DNA of 63,247 nucleotides from Macrostomum lignano. Taxonomy: Eukaryota. A program made the position numbers and the translations under genes. Where the stretch lies: assembly GCA_002269645.1 (NCBI GenBank), contig NIVC01000235.1, positions 1 through 63,247 on the forward strand, written 5' to 3'. The notes under the pieces were generated by a model. That model was not told where the DNA came from. It saw only the letters and a list, made by a program, of their open reading frames with translations, and did not search any database. Shown here piece after piece: positions 24,749 through 37,100 of this stretch (the first letter of the stretch is position 1; each line of letters starts with the position of its first letter).

Positions 24749-25798
24749 ATTATTGTACCCTTTTGTCTATGGTTTCCGGCATTCATACTTGCGGTAACAA
24801 TTTAATTGTTTGTCGGCTTTTTTCGATTGTTGCCGGATTTCAGACGAATGTATTTGGCTATCAAAACAAGGAACAACAATAGCAACAAATGTTTTCGTCC
24901 TGCAGTTTACGAAGGGACGTTCGGTCAAAGTATGCGCGAATAGTTTGCATGTCGTCCTCGGAAATAGCTTCGTATTTGTCTACCTTCTCGACGTCCTTCC
25001 ATGTACATTTTCACCATGGCGACAAGAACGCCATTGCAACGCTTGAAGGCTTCTCCGGTAATGATGTTCACCTGGCGATTAACGGACGGGGATTGCAGGT
25101 GGCGTTGAATAGCCGCACGAAAACAGATGAGAGACTTTGGCGCATAGTAAGTTCCATCCTGCTTTCGAAGGGATGAATAGAAAAGCCTCAGATAATCGTT
25201 CAAAAATCGATCCGGAACACGCTCAAACTCCTGGCAGAGCCCCTTCTCGTTGAGGAACTGTCGGAACCTTGCCACGTGAAGCTTCCGTTGCGTCTCGGTC
25301 GATTTCGGCACTGAGTCACTCTCAAGTCGGTCCAACATTTCCAGATCTTCGCTATACCTAGCTCAGGCAGCCCGTTGGAACTGGACGACGCATCCAGGTT
25401 GTCCATCTCCAGAACGTAGCGCGTGCTCGACTCCCGGGTGACAAAAGCCAACTCGTCCGTGGAGAGTCCGCATATTTCTCCGCCAGGAATGTTTGCGTAG
25501 CGAATCATAGCTACTTTTCCTATTTGCACTCCGAATAGGAGAATTAATTCAAGCTCAAAATCAACTTGAGAATAAACTCATGGCAGCCAGGCTAGCTGTC
25601 TTCACTGTCCTTTAAATTTGCCATAAACGATTAATTATCTCTACAACCCTTTCATTTAGAGAGCAACTAAATTTGCCATAGACGATTGATTATCTCTACA
25701 ACCCTTTCAAAGCGCATTCCGGCAACAATCGCATTTCATACTCAGCATCCGCACTATGTCTGGGCCATAGACAAGGGAAGTCAAAAGGGTACAATAAT
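24749..25798 (-). mobile_element. Crypton/DUF3504-like tyrosine-recombinase remnant B with terminal inverted repeats, catalytic half deleted
   Basis: ATG 25508 MIRYANIPGGEICGL…; SEDLEMLDRLESDSVPKST…LRLFYSSLRKQDGTYYAPKSLICFRAAIQRHL…; after a frameshift near 24990, ISEDDMQTIRAYFDRTSLRKLQDE; perfect 17-bp IR 24749-24765 / 25782-25798 plus GTCTATGG 24765 / CCATAGAC 25765. Confidence 0.8.
25613..25709. repeat. 42-bp direct duplication upstream of the remnant B ORF
   Basis: 25613-25654 and 25668-25709, 2 mismatches; the second copy contains CCATAGAC. Confidence 0.85.
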
Positions 25799-25804
25799 GA
25801 CATG

Positions 25805-25893
25805 TACCGATTTTTTTCGGCAGCAATTGCTCTACTAAGCTTCAGCCGCTACGCGGCTTCAGCTTACGCAATTGCTGCCGAAAAAAATCGGTA
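25805..25893. repeat. 89-bp palindrome (perfect 26-bp arms)
   Basis: TACCGATTTTTTTCGGCAGCAATTGC / GCAATTGCTGCCGAAAAAAATCGGTA with inner hairpin GCCGC-TAC-GCGGC. Confidence 0.9.
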
Positions 25894-26610
25894 TATATCG
25901 TTACATTGTTTGTTTGTTTCACTTCAGTTTGCTGCTCAGTTGACTACGAGTATGAAGCTCAATTTTGACCAGAGACAGCAGTCTGGTTGCTGACCGACGG
26001 TATGAATTCAGTTCTGCTGCAGGCTGCTGGAACTCAATTCAATCTGAAGAAGTTTCTTTCTGCTGATGTTCCGGCTGTCGCATGTCCAACTGCAAAAGCA
26101 AATAAAGTTGAACAGGACGGCTTGCATCTGCCACGAGGAGATGTTCAAATTGATGTGGAGAATGAATTCGTGTCATGGAACCAGTTGACATCCATTGAGT
26201 ACATGGCAGGCGATCAGAATCCAGAAATCTTTGTGCTGACTGTGAAGAACAGGCGCCAGTGTTTGGCCGGATGCTCAGTATTCCTTGATCGGATTCTCGA
26301 ATTTCTCTTCCAGCTTGCAACGAATAATAATAATAATTTGAGTTGAATATCGGGAGAATGCTTCTTTAAAGCGGACGCATCTTTGTATTTTTAAAGAATT
26401 GCATCGCATTTAGCCCGAGGAACAGAGCTTTACAGGGAATACAGGGAATGCTTTACGGGCAATTCAATGTCATACGAGTACAATGATCAGCGCGTGGGGC
26501 TATCAGGAAAACCGTCACAACACAACGAAATCAAGCTTTTTAGCTGCTTTTTGATATCTTAAACGTCATCGAATCTTAGCTGAATAGTTGTAAGCTTATC
26601 CGGATTTCTA

Positions 26611-27246
26611 AGTAGAACTGGACAAGCTTAAATGGATTTCTTAGTAGAACTGGACAAGCTTATCCGGATTTCTAAGTAGAACTGGACAAGCTTAAATGGA
26701 TTTCTAAGTAGAACTGGACAAGCTTAAATGGATTTCTTAGTAGAACTGGACAAGCTTAAATGGATTTCTTAGTAGAACTGGACAAGCTTAAATGGATTTC
26801 TTAGTAGAACTGGACAAGCTTAAATGGATTTCTAAGTAGAACTGGACAAGCTTAAATGGATTTCTTAGTAGAACTGGACAAGCTTAAATGGATTTCTTAG
26901 TAGAACTGGACAAGCTTAAATGGATTTCTTAGTAGAACTGGACAAGCTTAAATGGATTTCTAAGTAGAACTGGACAAGCTTAAATGGATTTCTAAGTAGA
27001 ACTGGACAAGCTTAAATGGATTTCTTAGTAGAACTGGACAAGCTTAAATGGATTTCTTAGTAGAACTGGACAAGCTTAAATGGATTTCTTAGTAGAACTG
27101 GACAAGCTTAAATGGATTTCTAAGTAGAACTGGACAAGCTTAAATGGATTTCTAAGTAGAACTGGACAAGCTTAAATGGATTTCTAAGTAGAACTGGACA
27201 AGCTTAAATGGATTTCTTAGTAGAACTGGACAAGCTTATATGGATT
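26611..27246. repeat. 32-bp minisatellite, about 20 units
   Basis: Unit AGTAGAACTGGACAAGCTTAAATGGATTTCTW. Confidence 0.96.
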
Positions 27247-27822
27247 TACAAATGGACAAAGACCCAATTTGTAGCAAAACGCTTTAATAGAAAAAATATG
27301 TCGAGACATGTAGAGTAAATAAAGGAGATTAAAGATGACTACATAGGGAGTATTAAAGCCTAGAGTAATGTATGATGGATAATGTATGCCACACAATAAA
27401 AAAACTTAAACAAAGGTAAAATTGTTACAAATTGAGTAAAGTGCACAGCAGGTAATAAGCAGTTAAAAAGAAATGGTTGCCCCAAGAAAAAACTAAAAAT
27501 AAATTAAACTGATAATTCGCACCTTTCCATTTTATGCTACTTACAGTAGACAGTAAAACTACCCAGAAGAATTATGCAGAAAACTCTGCTGAATTTGTCT
27601 TATACTGGTGCAGCTGTGCATGGGGTGCGTGCCCTTCACTTCCAGTGCGTCCCTTGCTAGTAGGAAGTGAAACATCTGTTTCTGAGCCAGCCACTGAGTT
27701 GTCATTTATCTAATAAATCTTGGTTCACCATGGGGATTACGAAAGGAAATTATCTATAAAACTTAGCGGTTGTCAGACTACGGTCGTAAGTTAACATTTC
27801 TTAACACTGAGCTCGACTCGGT

Positions 27823-28179
27823 TCAGACTTTACTGTCCTTCACCCGGTACTTTTCCCGCCGCTTGCTGGACTTGTTGGACCCACTGGCGTCCGAGGACTG
27901 CTGCTGCTGCTGCTGCTGCTGCTGCGACTGCTGCGGATCCTCGCTGGTTGAGCCGGCCTCGTTAACCAGCATGGTTTTCAAGCTGAGGCTGGCGCTCTGC
28001 TGCGTCACCCACTGCTGCATGTTGTTGTTCAGCATCCGTGTGGTCTCCTGGATCTGCTGCACGGCTCGGACTAGAGAAAGCAGAGCCTTCTGATTCTCGC
28101 CAATGAGGTCCCGCAGCAGCTGGATCTCCTCCTTGATACGCACATTACCGGCTGCCAGATTGAGCTGGTCGGACTGGGC
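27823..28179 (-). CDS. TRPC terminal exon (coiled coil, polyQ)
   Basis: CACAG|AQSDQLNLAAGNVRIKEEIQLLRDLIGENQK…KDSKV*. Confidence 0.75.
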   Translation of the reverse strand, partial: AQSDQLNLAAGNVRIKEEIQLLRDLIGENQKALLSLVRAVQQIQETTRMLNNNMQQWVTQQSASLSLKTMLVNEAGSTSEDPQQSQQQQQQQQQSSDASGSNKSSKRREKYRVKDSKV

Positions 28180-31100
28180 CTGTGAGTGAATTTCGTCAGT
28201 TTATTGAATTTCCCTCCTGCTACTCGTTTGGTTGCGTTGCGTTTTGGGTTTTCCCTCCTTCCATCTCCCCTTCCCTCTCTCCTTCTCTCTCTCCTTCCCT
28301 TTCTCCTTCCCTCTCTCCTTCTCTCTCTCCTTCCCTCTCTCCTTCTCTCTCTCCTTCCCTTTCTCCTTCCCTTTCTCATTCTCTCTCTCCTTCTCTCTCT
28401 CCTTCTCTCTCTCCTTCTCTCTCTCCTTCCCTCTCTCCTTCCCTCTCTCCTTCTCTCTCTCCTTCCCTTTCTCCTTCCCTTTCTCCTTCTCTCTCTCCTT
28501 CCCTCTCTCCTTCCCTCTCTCCTTCTCTCTCTCCTTCCCTCTCTCCTTCTCTGTCTCCTTCCCTCTCTCCTTCTCTCTCTCCTTCCCTTTCTCCTTCTCT
28601 CTCTCCTTCTCTCTCTCTCCTTCCCTTTCTCCTTCTCTCTCTCCTTCCCTCTCTCCTTCCCTCTCTCCTTCTCTCTCTCCTTCTCTCTCTCCTTCTCTCT
28701 CTCCTTCCCTCTCTCCTTCTCTCTCTCCTTCTCTCTCTCCTTCCCTCTCTCCTTCTCTCTCCCCTTCCCTCTTTCCATCCCTCTCTCCTTCCCACAATTA
28801 CACGTAGTGTATTGAGGGTGACTTTGTCTTGGCGAAAGACTTGTTCACACAGGCATCAAATGAGCCATAAAATCAAACGATGTGCTAAAATGACGAAAAA
28901 GCACGCAAAAATTGGCAATTGTCAGCAGCTTGCCTGCAAGTTCTGCAACCGCATATCAAGTATCTTCTGTGTCCGCTGAATGCCGTCCAGTTGCGGGATG
29001 GCCAGAAACTGCAGCGGCGGAGAGCGCGAGTCGGCGATGCTCGGGCCGCGGCCTCGAGACGACGACGACATCGTCTGCCGGTTGCCAGACCGGCGGTTGA
29101 AGTTCGACTCGTCAGCGTCTGATGAACGCGGAGGTGATGGGTGATTTCTTGTTAGTTGGAACGAGTCCCTGATTGAAGTGACAAGCAGATTTAACGTCAA
29201 TTCTATCTAAATAATAAGTGAAATTTACTCATTAAGGCAAGTCAAGGCAGTGATAAACAGTTATTTAGCACAGGGAGTAGAGTAGCGACAGACTTATTGT
29301 ACTTTGATTTTGTTAGGTAATTTTCTAGGATATAATATTGGATTTATAGATGGCGCTCAGTAGAATTTTCCAGGAATTCACACAGGAATGCGTACATTAC
29401 AGATATGCATACGCGAGCGACTGTTGGCTGGAATCAGCTAACATGGGGAGAATGTCCGTATTGGACAGACTGTGGACCTTGAAAATTATCAATTTGGATT
29501 CAGCCACACCCGCGGGTTCCAAGTGCCAGTTTGACGATAATGTAATTGCAAAACATTTATAACCCGGAAAACAATTAAGTAGTCGAACGGGGGAGAATGT
29601 AATCATAGATAAGAATATTTGGAGGGGGGTAATATGAGGAGTGCGCTGAGATCACAATAGCCAGTGTAGGCGCGTGTAAGTATGACCAAGATCGGCCACA
29701 CTTTCAAAAGAACCCTCTAAGCGGATGTTTCAGAAAAGTTCATCCTGCTCTAAGCTGCTGCTCTCCGCAGTGGCTTTCATTACCGCAGCACCGGCGCACC
29801 AGCCGGCCAGTGTAGACGCAGAATTTCCCGGACGCCGTGCGCCTTGGCCCGCCGCTGCTAAAAGGCGACGCGGGCTCCACAACGGCGGCCGCCGCATCGG
29901 CGGGTTCGTCCATGCCGATGTCGGCTTCTGTGAAGGGTTTCGCCCCGGTGCACTTCGTGTGACAGCTTTGTCAGGTAGGCAAATATTATTGTGATTGCCG
30001 CACTTTAAGCAAGTCTGCTTGAAGCCTCAGGTAAGCAGATGCGAATTAAATTAATGGGCTGTGTGGATTTGAATGCGAGGTTATTTGTGATTTCGTGAAT
30101 ACCCACGGTCGTTCATTTTTTCTGCTAGTTTGGTCATAGTGACATGGTCTCGTAACGCTAATTGCCTAAGCGCGCACACATGGTGTCAGCTGTTGTGTTT
30201 TGAGACGTTTGCGTGGTGGCCCACACAAAAGGGGCCGTTTAATGATTGGTCGCATGATTGGCCTCCTCTGTGTTCGTTGCAAATAAAACTCTTAGTAGTC
30301 TACTGCCAGTCTTAGCATCCTCCTGAGACTGGCAGTACAGGAGCGCGCGCACAGTATAATGAACATCTGCGCGCTGTGCTTCTTTTACATGCTTCCTTCG
30401 AATAGGTCCAGTTCCCCTTCGAAGAGGTCCACTGCATGAAATACATAAAGCAAAAGATGCCTTCGCTCGCCCTCTAAGAGCGTGTACTGCCATATCTTTT
30501 TACGAGTTGTTTTTTATAAACAGAACATCAGCCATCGTGCATATTGACTTCTACCTTCTTGGCCTTCATGGGCGTTCTCTGGAATTGATTTCGGGTTCTT
30601 TGGCACAAATTACGAGGTGATGCATCAAACTAGCAGCAAAGCAATTAGTTTGGGAAAGCCATTTATCGTCAGAATGCACCGAATTCTTACCAGCGAAATG
30701 AACCGCCTTAGAGTCATCTTGAGCGAATAATCCCTCCGGACTGGCGCCGATCATGTCCTCGGCTCGGATGCTGATCCCCTCCTTGGGATTCTTCTGGACG
30801 TCTGCATTTGAGAGACGTAGCACGTTTCATGAGTAACTCGAGTTTCGACCTTAGGTCCATTGGAATTGAGTGCCACTCACCCTCGACGTCGTTCTCGCGC
30901 TCCAGCTTGAACAGATACCGTCGTACCAGCCGCTGCATAATGTCCGCATAGGATGTGTCCTGGGCCACAATGTCCATGCTCTTGCACACGGCGTCTCTGC
31001 GAGTCTGTGGTGGCGTGTTTTCAATGAAGACATTTTGAAGAAAAAGGTCACGTGTCATCCGAGCACCTGTGTTCGTCAGCTTGAAAATAAAAGAATGGCT

Positions 31101-34100
31101 CTAAAATCAGCAGCTGCATGGCACAGAAGCCGGTGAGCCGAATTCTGCGGCTGAGCTCCAGTCGGACAAAAAAAATTCACCCACCATTGCAAGCCCAGGC
31201 CTTCTTGGTGCCTTGTGCTGTTCACTTAAATTTCTTGTTGAAAAATCTCTCCCTTTTGTTTGCTAAGAGTTTTCTGCTTTTTTCAGCCGGAATGAATTTT
31301 TTTCGTCGTTCAGACGCAGCAAAACAAACGATTAGCAACGCGACGACATCGATTCTAACAAAAATTTTCGCGCTGTTTTGAACTCCCGTGGCCGGCTGGC
31401 AAGCGAATACTTCCAGGTCAAGTGAGTTGGAACTTGAGCAAAGGCTACTTGAAATTGTCTAAATATTTGTAATGAATTTTCTTAATTCCCATCAATTGAG
31501 ATATAAAAGTGTTAAAATTTAGCTTAGAATAGCACTTTCTAAATGTTTTTTAAATGCTACAAAATTTAGCTGTCCAGCTGACCAGTTACTACTTTAAAGT
31601 TAATGTCACGCAGCTGTACATGATGCTTACATGCTGCATGGCACTTGCTTTTTAGTTCAAAGATGAAAGAAAATTTTAAGTATTATGCAGAAAAACAAAA
31701 GGCAGTAGAGGTTTGAACCAAGGATTGCAATGGCGGCGCAGGAATCAAACAAAAAATTAATCATAAAAAATTTACTTTGGCATCCCTGATCGCTGAATTT
31801 AGCATCCGGACGCGAAACAGAGGCCACCCACGGCACCGAGAACAGTTGCATGCTCTGGAAGCGACACTCAAAGCTCAGGTCTACAAGTTTAGTCTCAAGA
31901 CTCTGCGTTTGAGGTCATTTGAGCAGTCGAATTTGTTAGGATCTGTGATACAGGACCAAGGTCAAAACAATACTTTACTGAGACTAAACTTGTAGACGTG
32001 GGCTGGAGTATCGCTTCTTGAGTTTCGAGGAGCATAGAGGCTTCCTTAATGACAATTTCGGAAATTCTCTACCAATTCTTCCCCTACTGCGAAATCGTGT
32101 CCAAGGCTATGATGATACAAATTTGACTGCGCAAAGTGCAATAATTTCAAGAAAAATTGTCTTTAAACTGCTTGAGCCTCTGTCTGAACATCTTTTCCCG
32201 GTGGGCGCGGGTATCCCAGCAGCCCAGCGGGGCATAAATATGGGGTAGTATATGTCGCCATAGTATGGGGCTGATGGGTGCGCGTTGGGAATGATTTATG
32301 TTAATCCAAGTGGCTGGGCAGCTACGCTTTATTTGCCCATTTGGATACATTAAAACTTGTGCGAGCTGCTCAGTGCGAATTCAGTCAGTGCTCACATGAT
32401 GCGTGCGCCTTTGTCGAGCTAGGATCGAGCTCTACATCATCAATTTTTAAATGCTAAAATATATGGGAATAATGTGTCGCTGCCGCGTGGATAAACCAAA
32501 AACCTGCTATTAACATTGGTTCCGGTGGAATACCTTGAGGCGGACTGCCCTCGCCTCCGCTTCCGCATCCTCATTCCGCAGGCAGCAGCAACAGGCCTGG
32601 TCGGGTGGACGGCGAGGGCAAGGCAGATGGAGCTTTAGGAACTGAGTACGCTTACATTGCAACCAAATGCACTGGCTTGATGGGTTCCATAATCTCACCG
32701 AAAACGTTGACTCTCTACACGTAGTTCAGTTTTAAACACAGCTCATAACTTTGCTGTATAGGTTAAGGGTAAGGATTTGGGAACAAAAAAGTCGCACATA
32801 GTCTTATAATAAAGAGAAGCACTCTACAGACAATCAGACATGCGTATGGACATGGATACTAAAGCAAGAAAAGGCCACCGATCTTCACCTTGATGAAGGC
32901 GGTGCTGCGGGTGCTCTCGCTGGCGAAGACGCTCTGGTTGGAGAAGAAACGCCGCACGAATCTGTAGGCCCTGGCAACGCTCTGCGGCGTTGGCAGAAGA
33001 TTGTAGGGCACCGGCAGGGTGCTGCCGTTGTCGATGTAGTTCAGCCACAGTTTGGTACGGGCGAACTTCCACTCAACGTCGCACTCGCTCTGCATAATAA
33101 TCGGTTTTTGTATCTCAAAATCCCTTATAAAGCTTAAGCCATAGAAAGCATTTTTACCTGAATGTCCTCAAACGAGTGCGACATCATGGCGATTAGCATA
33201 TTAATGAGCACAATAATGATGATCACGTGATAGAAGGCCATGAGGGTCATGCCAACGGTCTCCACCACCTCAGTGGAGGAGTTGGTCCTGATCATGCCGT
33301 CTTTGTACTGGTACTGCACATCGTCGTGGAAATTCGGGTGCTTAATAGGCAGAGAGGCGAGCTGGAAGTTGCTGAACATGGCCCAGAACATGGTGAACAT
33401 GGTGTGGACGAGGCCTTCGAATGGCTCAGAGGCGGGCTCGTCAACGGCAAATGTCTGGTTGCCGATCTCAACCATCTTGGCGATGCGCTGCAGGCCGTAG
33501 TACCAGTACAGGTTGTGCATGCCCACCATGAAGGCGAGCAGAACCTGCGCATTTGAAGTTCGTTGTGGTTGGAGCAACGAGTGGATTTTCAAAAACGTTG
33601 TGCTTAGTGCAATACTTAAAGCAAGTCATACAGAATTAATTAGTATGCTTTAAGTGTGTTCTGAACACGTCAAGAGTCGAACTGTTAGTGTGGATCGCAG
33701 CATTGGTACTCACCAGCGCGAAAAGCACCAGAAAGCGGGCAATGTCGGTGAGCATGCGGCTAAATGAAATCTGCAGCGGGCCGAGCACCTCAAAGGCGGG
33801 CATGAGAAATATTGTGCGAGCAAAGCTGAGCACGTTGGCTACGGCAAAGAGCACGTCCGACACGATCTCGGGGTCGTGAGCCACCCACTTGAACCGAGCT
33901 GCAATGCCAATGTTTGTGAGATGCTTTACTCTCTGTAATTTTCAAAAAGTTACAAGAAGGCAGGTACGAGGGGCGCTCACAGGCTTCCAAGAAGTACATG
34001 TACTGCCTGCAGGTGGCGTTGAGTCTCAACTGGAACAGAAAGTTGTTGAATCTCTCCTCCAGGTCCTTCGTCCGTGTGATGTTCATATAGGATATGTTGC

Positions 34101-37100
34101 GCACTAGGAACTCATTGGCCTGTTGGGTGGCGTTGTAGCAGTGATTGGCCTCCTTGATCTTCAGGTCCACGATTATTCGGATGGTGTACGAGGCGATGTA
34201 CAGAGTCAGAATGAAGAAGTTCAGCATGCTGTAGGCGTTGAGAGCCACCTCCTTCAGGCCTTGAAAGTAAACCTGTTTGATCTCCGACAGCAGGTGTCCT
34301 AAAAACAAGACTCAAAATCTCATTAAGCCGGTTTAGTGTAAACCTCAACCTTCATACTCACCAGCCGTCCACAGAATGATGAGTATTTGCACAGGCGTGA
34401 TGACGGTACTCTCCGGTCGCAGCATCTTCTTCAGGAAAAGTTTCCTCTCCTCTGTGCTGGTGCAGTAGTTGTCCCGCACCGCCTCCTCGGACACGCTGTG
34501 CGTCACTGACGAGTCGTCAACGCGGAAAGTGGCAGCGGCGAGCAGGACGAGGAACAGGAAATGGGACACCGTGTGCGTGGCGAACTTGGCCGCCGGGCAG
34601 CGGAGTCCTTTTGAGACCTGGACGGATTAGAAAGGCGACGGTGGTGGAACAGATTGATTTAGTCGGTTTTTTGGTTACTACTGCTTTGAGACTGGAAAGA
34701 ATATCAATAAACGACGGTGACGTGCACGTTATGGTAGGGATAGTGGGAGCTAAAGTTATTCGTAAGATGAATGCAGTCCCAGCCAGTTAATTAGAGTTGA
34801 AAACAAAACAGAGGGGCTTAGGGTCCAAACACCCTTACATTAAATTACTAGGTTGGGGTTAAGTGCAGATAAGAAAAGGAGGGTGGAATGCGCGAGCGCG
34901 ACTAAGGAAAGAGGCGAGATTGAACAGCCAATCAGAAGGCAGCGAGGGGGAGAGATAAGAATAACAAGACTTGAACTAGATAGAGAGGGAGAGAAAACAG
35001 AGAAAGTGCAGATGAACTGAAGAAATGATAAGAAAGCCGCGACAGAGACTGCAGTTGTAAGTACCAGCACACTTGGCCTGGTTCGTTGGCACAGAAATGT
35101 CTTATCAGAATTCTGTTCAACAAAAAAGACTGACACTGACACTGACAGAAAGAATTCGGTACCTTTGACGTCGGTAGCACGATGTACACGATGCAGATTA
35201 GCGGCAGCAGCGGCGCTGCCACCAGCGAGAGGCCAACTTTGCGCACAAGGCTCCAGGACTGCAGGAAGGCCGTCTCGGAGCCGTACCAGATGCTGGTGAG
35301 GTACTGCTGGCAGTTCGCGTGCCCGACGAACTGCGGAGACGATCAGAATTGTTTGTAGCTCAAATTTCAAATTTTGTTGCCATGGCAGCAAAGCCTTTAG
35401 TCTCACCTTTTTCTCTTCGTATCGAATGGCCATGCGCAGCCGGCCCAGTGGGTCGCGCACATTCGTGCCGCACACCTCGGACGCCTCCAGATTGTCCGAG
35501 ATGACCGCCTCCACCTCCTGGGTGCCGCGGCACAGATCCATCATTTCGCAGGCGAAGTTCATGCACTGCTCTACCAGGGTGACGTATTCCGTCTGCAAGG
35601 AGGAGAACAGGTTGTAGGCAGTGCGACTGATGATATTCCCTTTCTGACGTCGATGAAAAATTACCGGTATATCACTTTATATTTTCGGTTCCAAATCTCG
35701 AAGCAGGTTCGTCAATTCGCCTTAAGTCTCATTGTCGATATTGACTCAGTGTTTCATATTGGATTCTCCTGTGTGATAGTGTAACAAGATTATGAAAATG
35801 TAAGTATGATTATTACAGTGTAGATATGATTATGACAGTGTAGATATGATTATGACAGTGTAGATATGATTATGACAATGTAGATAGGATTATGACAGTG
35901 TAGATATGATTATGAGATGAGTGTAGATATGATTATGACAGTGTTTTTTTAATATGGTCTTGAATCGCATTCCAAAATGCCTCCTTCCATTCTCAGACTG
36001 CTGAACTCCCACAATCCTACAAGTCAAAGCTGCTCTCACTCCAGCCTCACCTTGAACTCCTTCTCTACCTCGGCCAGCTTCATCATCTCCTGGCGCAGCT
36101 CGAAGGTGGTCATGATGGGGTCGGGGCTGCTCAGCGCCATGTAGGCCGGGCTGGCCAGGGCTCGGTAGGCATTCAGGCGAGACCGGGACCGCTTGAGCGA
36201 GTCGTAATTCTGCTTAATCTGGCAGTCCTCGCACAGGCAGGTGATCACGTGTGGCTTCTCGATGGTGTGGTTGCGCGCCAGGAACATCTGGATCATCTCG
36301 TGGTTGTTGTAGTGCGCAGCCAGAATCAGCGGAGTGATGTCCGGCGAGAATTGCGACTTCTCCTCCGTGCTGAGAGGAGAAGTCGAGAGTGAAAATTCGC
36401 TTCGGTAGTGCGGTGCAGTGCTGGGGCATTTGGGAGCTTAGTTGATGGGGACTGCGCCACTGAATCGGCTGAAATTCCCACAGGGGGAAGCGAACTTGGG
36501 ATCGCAACGGGGGGGGGACGCTTCTGAAAAATTCACGCTCAGGACTCTGTGATTGACAGGCTTTGTGCCGAAGTATAATTGAAGTCCGCATTTGAATGGC
36601 ATGTTGATGAGATCAATGCTGATTAAGTTGCAGTGCGGCTCGTACTTTGAATACGAACGATGGAGCACAATATTTGTGGCTCTCTGAGGGCATGAAAGTA
36701 GTGAGGCCAACAAGGTCACAGCAGTTTGATGGCTCATAGGGCAAGGAATTGGCTCAATTGAGTGTCAGTTCAAGTCCGTTCAAATGGAATCCTTTGCGAA
36801 TTTTACTGCATCCATTATCCTAAATCTAGAACTATAAATCTTTAGAGATTTCCTTCACCAGATTGTGCCTCCAACCAGCGCCTAAATTGTGACTGCAAGC
36901 GACCGTTTTAATTCGCGCTCCCACAAGCCCCAGGCAAGCAGCCGAAGCCTCACCGAAAGAAGGCATTGTTGTAGTCCATCCGCTTGATCTTGTCCTCGCC
37001 AGCCATGTAGTTGGGGTGCTCGATCACCACGCGGACGATCTTGGTCAGGCCCTTGCTAATGGCGTGCAGCAGCGCCTCCTCGATGCACTCGAAGCTGAGC

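Noticed and set aside
26611-27246. 32-bp repeat as a CRISPR array
   Set aside because: Head-to-tail units with no spacers, in a eukaryotic context
28071-28979. E/R/K-rich and S/L/P-rich ORFs
   Set aside because: Translations of the intronic CT microsatellite
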